This document shows, one piece after another, positions 62,652 through 64,000 of a DNA stretch of 64,000 nucleotides. Under the pieces are notes generated by a model. That model saw only the letters and a program-made list of their open reading frames with translations, ran no database searches and was not told where the DNA came from. The stretch spans positions 18,531,314 through 18,595,313 of the forward strand of contig NC_068988.1 of NCBI RefSeq assembly GCF_001194135.2, read 5' to 3'. Positions within the stretch are counted from its first letter, which is position 1, and every line of letters begins with the position of its first letter. Source of the stretch: Octopus bimaculoides (taxonomy: Eukaryota). The translations under genes were made by a program, and so were the position numbers.

Positions 62652-62726
62652 ATTTTTAAGTTCCTTGACTTGTGTCAACAACTCCTCTTTCCTCTTGCCT
62701 CGGAGATCTTTAGCTTTAACTTTAGT
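62652..62726 (-). CDS. RPL35: 60S ribosomal protein L35, exon following the ATG exon (75 nt)
   Basis: ttcttcttgcag|ACT..TKVKAKDLRGKRKEELLTQVKELKN|gtaagt. One further ATG gives 123 aa. The ATG exon was not found in the window. Confidence 0.96.
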
Positions 62727-63224
62727 CTGCAAGAAGAACATTGAACAAGTGACAACACCTATACTGCAAGTAAATTATTATATATTCTATCATGCTGAGG
62801 AATCAAAAACCATACCAATCAATCTGCTTCCAATTAGATAAGAAATTCCAGCAATATTGAAGTTTCATCTCAAGCTTACTGAGAGAAAGAACAATGCAAG
62901 TAAAAATTTATCAACCTACGTGCATTCCCCCTGGTTTTGTGTACACATTTGTTAAAACTAACAAAGAATTCATTTGCACAAACATATATATAGTTAAAAT
63001 TTACAGAAAAAGAAAGACGAAAACAGGTGAGGGAACAACAAGCAGATATATTCGTCTAATGCTCGGGAAGAATGGGAAAGCCTTTGAGTTTCCGAACCTA
63101 CACCCAACAGAGATGATTTAGCGGTTGCAAACCCATTTTTCTATTAGCTGAAGGAACTTGGAGATCAAATAGCTTCCAAGATAGAAAAAGAAGATAACCC
63201 ATATCATAGGAAATATTGTACAGT

Positions 63225-63480
63225 TGAGTACCCTTCCTAACACCAACCACTCCGAGAGTGTAGCGGGTGCTTTTACGTGTCACCGGCACGAAGGCCAGTT
63301 ACGAGGTACTGGCAACGGTCACGCTCAAAATGGTGGTTTTTTACGCTCCACCTGCACAGGAGCCAGCCCAGCGGCACTGGCAACGACCTCGCTCGAATGA
63401 CTTTTCACGTGCCAGTAAGGCGGCGCTGGTAACGATCCCGCTCGAACGATGGTGTCTTCACGATTTCGCTTGCCCCATAT
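63225..63480 (-). mobile_element. RTE LINE 3' UTR fragment
   Basis: Subrepeat modules. Confidence 0.75.
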
Positions 63481-63553
63481 TACAATTGTTCAAAAAAATA
63501 CTTTACATAATTCGGCCTGGCATTATAAGCAAATTTGGCGGATTCTAGGGCGG

Positions 63554-63755
63554 AGACGGACTATATGTAATCTGAACCCCCCTGTCAAAAAATTGTNNNN
63601 NNNNNNNNNNNNNNNNNNNNNNNNNNNNNNNNNNNNNNNNNNNNNNNNNNNNNNNNNNNNNNNNNNNNTGGAATCTCCAAAGCCTAAAACGTGGGATTCC
63701 GTAAAAAGAATAAATAAATAAGGGGGGAAAGGTTCAGATAACATGTAGTCCATCT
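63554..63755. mobile_element. Small TIR element spanning a gap
   Basis: agacggactatatgtaatctgaacc (63554-63578) vs ggttcagataacatgtagtccatct (63731-63755), inverted with 3 mismatches. Confidence 0.5.
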
Positions 63756-63759
63756 GGAC

Positions 63760-64000
63760 CGAAAATCGACCCCAGGATTTATTCTTTGGAAGCCTAGTAC
63801 TTATTCTATCGGTCTCTTTTGCCGAACCGCATCGGTTGTCAAGCGATGTTGGGTGGGGGGGAACAAACACAGACACACACACACATATATATAGACATAT
63901 ATACGACGGGCTTCTTGCAGTTTCCGTCTACCAAATTCACTCAAAAGGCTTTGGTCGGCCCGAGGCTATAGTAGAAGACACGTACCCAAGGTGCCACGCA
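63760..64000 (-). mobile_element. Composite family A SINE (runs off the window)
   Basis: Family motifs. Confidence 0.85.

Overview
AT-rich, repeat-dense animal genomic DNA from a draft scaffold with many N gaps. The RPL35 protein and the repeat content suggest a mollusc, probably an octopus (inference). The only recognisable host gene is RPL35 (60S ribosomal protein L35) on the minus strand: three coding exons (62726-62652, 60113-60052, 57052-56821) splice in frame. With one ATG from an upstream exon I could not locate, they give 123 aa. The rest is mostly transposon debris and microsatellites: about 25 5'-truncated RTE LINE 3' ends, several tRNA-headed SINE families, two related internally deleted Gypsy LTR elements with 4-bp TSDs, R4/Dong and CR1/L2 fragments, hAT-like and piggyBac-like MITEs, and two Helitron 3' ends. 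The best leads are: (1) Penelope-type minimal hammerhead ribozyme motifs in short repeats (7614-7659, 37589-37663, 51601-51645, and a variant core at 10069-10093); (2) an LTR leader with about 41 nt of antisense tRNA-Trp instead of an 18-nt PBS; (3) a doubly nested foldback MITE in an RPL35 intron; (4) RTE 3' UTRs built from repeated copies of the ORF end. No CRISPR array, rRNA, true tRNA gene or long intact ORF was seen. Repeat boundaries are approximate unless a TSD is quoted. Comparisons with known families and tRNA sequences are from memory, not database searches.
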